DNA of 64,000 nucleotides from Octopus bimaculoides (lineage: Eukaryota): positions 83,522,786-83,586,785 of the forward strand of contig NC_068990.1 in NCBI RefSeq assembly GCF_001194135.2. Reading direction: 5' to 3'. A model generated the notes under the pieces. It did not search any database and was not told the DNA's origin. It was given only the letters and a program-made list of their open reading frames with translations. A program made the translations under genes and the position numbers. Shown here piece by piece: positions 61,644-64,000 of the stretch (positions are counted from its first letter, which is position 1; every line of letters begins with the position of its first letter).

Positions 61644-64000
61644 TAAATTATAGGGTGGCAAAGAAAATTTTAGAAATTTTATTTACCACCAGTGGCCTAG
61701 CGAGAGTAAAAACAGTCAATAGACTATGTATTATTCATTAGAAATGCAGAGACGCCTATAATAGGACATCTACTCNNNNNNNNNNNNNNNNNNNNNNNNN
61801 NNNNNNNNNNNNNNNNNNNNNNNNNNNNNNNNNNNNNNNNNNNNNNNNNNNNNNNNNNNNNNNNNNNNNNNNNNNNNNNNNNNNNNNNNNNNNNNNNNNN
61901 NNNNNNNNNNNNNNNNNNNNNNNNNNNNNNNNNNNNNNNNNNNNNNNNNNNNNNNNNNNNNNNNNNNNNNNNNNNNNNNNNNNNNNNNNNNNNNNNNNNN
62001 NNNNNNNNNNNNNNNNNNNNNNNNNNNNNNNNNNNNNNNNNNNNNNNNNNNNNNNNNNNNNNNNNNNNNNNNNNNNNNNNNNNNNNNNNNNNNNNNNNNN
62101 NNNNNNNNNNNNNNNNNNNNNNNNNNNNNNNNNNNNNNNNNNNNNNNNNNNNNNNNNNNNNNNNNNNNNNNNNNNNNNNNNNNNNNNNNNNNNNNNNNNN
62201 NNNNNNNNNNNNNNNNNNNNNNNNNNNNNNNNNNNNNNNNNNNNNNNNNNNNNNNNNNNNNNNNNNNNNNNNNNNNNNNNNNNNNNNNNNNNNNNNNNNN
62301 NNNNNNNNNNNNNNNNNNNNNNNNNNNNNNNNNNNNNNNNNNNNNNNNNNNNNNNNNNNNNNNNNNNNNNNNNNNNNNNNNNNNNNNNNNNNNNNNNNNN
62401 NNNNNNNNNNNNNNNNNNNNNNNNNNNNNNNNNNNNNNNNNNNNNNNNNNNNNNNNNNNNNNNNNNNNNNNNNNNNNNNNNNNNNNNNNNNNNNNNNNNN
62501 NNNNNNNNNNNNNNNNNNNNNNNNNNNNNNNNNNNNNNNNNNNNNNNNNNNNNNNNNNNNNNNNNNNNNNNNNNNNNNNNNNNNNNNNNNNNNNNNNNNN
62601 NNNNNNNNNNNNNNNNNNNNNNNNNNNNNNNNNNNNNNNNNNNNNNNNNNNNNNNNNNNNNNNNNNNNNNNNNNNNNNNNNNNNNNNNNNNNNNNNNTAG
62701 AAATGCAGAAACGCCTATAATAGGACATCTACTCGCTAGAAATAGCAGCAAAAATACTACATACCACAAAAGTTAGGGATAATTTCGAAAGGAAATGAAA
62801 AATAAAAACTTTTACCAATCTATATTCTGTACCATGGTTTCAAGTCAATTTTAGTAAGATAAAGATTATATCTTACAAGGTCAGACTTTCGTCAGCAGAA
62901 TTGACCAGACAACATATGAAGCACGAATCAGTACGCAGCATGGTTCGTGTTTTTATGTCTAATTTTTCAAAATATACCGCGTATTTACGGTTTACCTAAT
63001 CGGCAGCAAATACAAAAATGCAAAATGCCGAAATTCCTACAGAAAATCATCCAAAAAAAATTTTTATCATTATTAATAAATTATAGGGTGGCAATAAATT
63101 TTAGAGGTAATACTTGATAAGTGTAAGCACCTGTATATGTACGTTTATATATATATACATATATACATGAGTATTATAATATATACACATAAAATTTATA
63201 AAGGGAATGAGAGAGAGAAAAAATAGGGACAGAGAGAGACTCCGAAAAATCTAGAGATAAACTGGCTGTCATTGGGCTATATTGAACTTTCCACTCCCGA
63301 GGTACATCTTAATCGATAATGAATTTACTTTTTCTTAGAGTTTTAAATGGGCAGAAGTCAAAACATATGCGCATGCCTATTTGCAAACACAGGAATTAAA
63401 CGCAAGCGCTCTCTCTATGCACTTCTGATGGCGGTCTAAAGTTGGAAACATGAAGACACTCTGCGTTTCTTTCAAGTGTTAAAGCTTACACAAGAGTTGT
63501 TAAACCTTGTCCCGCCTGCGCTGTTTTTCTTTATTTTACATTACATTTCCAATATGTCTGTGTGTTTGTGAGCGTGTGTGTGTGTATGTGTGTGTGCGCA
63601 CGCGCTTGCGACGTGCGTTTTCTATATAAACCCGGGAAGATGAAAATATCTACATTTACATACCTTCATACACACACACGTTTGTGTGTATGTATATATT
63701 TATTTTTAAATTTTCACATCTACACATACAGACGTATTAATGTATGCACACATATATATATATATACATATGTAACTTTGGTACCACGAGCAGCAAAACA
63801 GATGTCTACATACCCACACATAAGCACGCACACACACACACACACAGACACACACACATATATACTTAAATAGACTTAACTGTGTAAATATATGTGCATG
63901 TGTACATTTAAAAAGATGTGTGCATATGTACAAATATATGTGTGTATTGCTCCCGACAGAATTCTATCTATCTATCTATCTATCTATATATGTATATATA

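Noticed and set aside
62878-62915. Minus-strand GTCA-loop-TGAC-GAAAGTC hammerhead-like string
   Set aside because: The CUGANGA half is incomplete and stem I does not pair.
170-63933. The many long ORFs in the track (poly-YI, HT, VC, N, I, L, S, E, Q and X-filled)
   Set aside because: They are translations of di-, tri- and tetranucleotide microsatellites, or frames held open by N gaps. No coding evidence.
1-64000. CRISPR array, prokaryotic operon or defence system
   Set aside because: No constant repeat with unique spacers and no gene-dense region. The DNA is eukaryotic and repeat-rich.

Overview
AT-rich, repeat-saturated animal genomic DNA from a draft assembly, with 24 N-gaps totalling roughly 8-9 kb by hand count. 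The SINE, Penelope and Dong/R4-like repeat inventory looks like a cephalopod (Octopus-like) genome; this is recognised from memory, not searched. Most ORFs in the supplied track are translations of microsatellites or gaps. The supportable content is: three tRNA-related SINE families in many copies; relics of RLE-type (R4/Dong-like), Tx1/L1-like and Penelope-like (GIY-YIG) retroelements; two mariner relics; several MITEs, including a Merlin-like one with an 8-bp TSD and internal telomere-type repeats; a 161-bp solo LTR with a 5-bp TSD; several hammerhead-ribozyme-like motifs; and three phase-compatible candidate exons of an unidentified minus-strand host gene. The most unusual item is a tRNA-Lys 3' half fused to a SINE inside one 20-bp target-site duplication. 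There is no CRISPR array, rRNA, intact tRNA or intact transposase/RT gene, and no multi-gene novel system can be supported.
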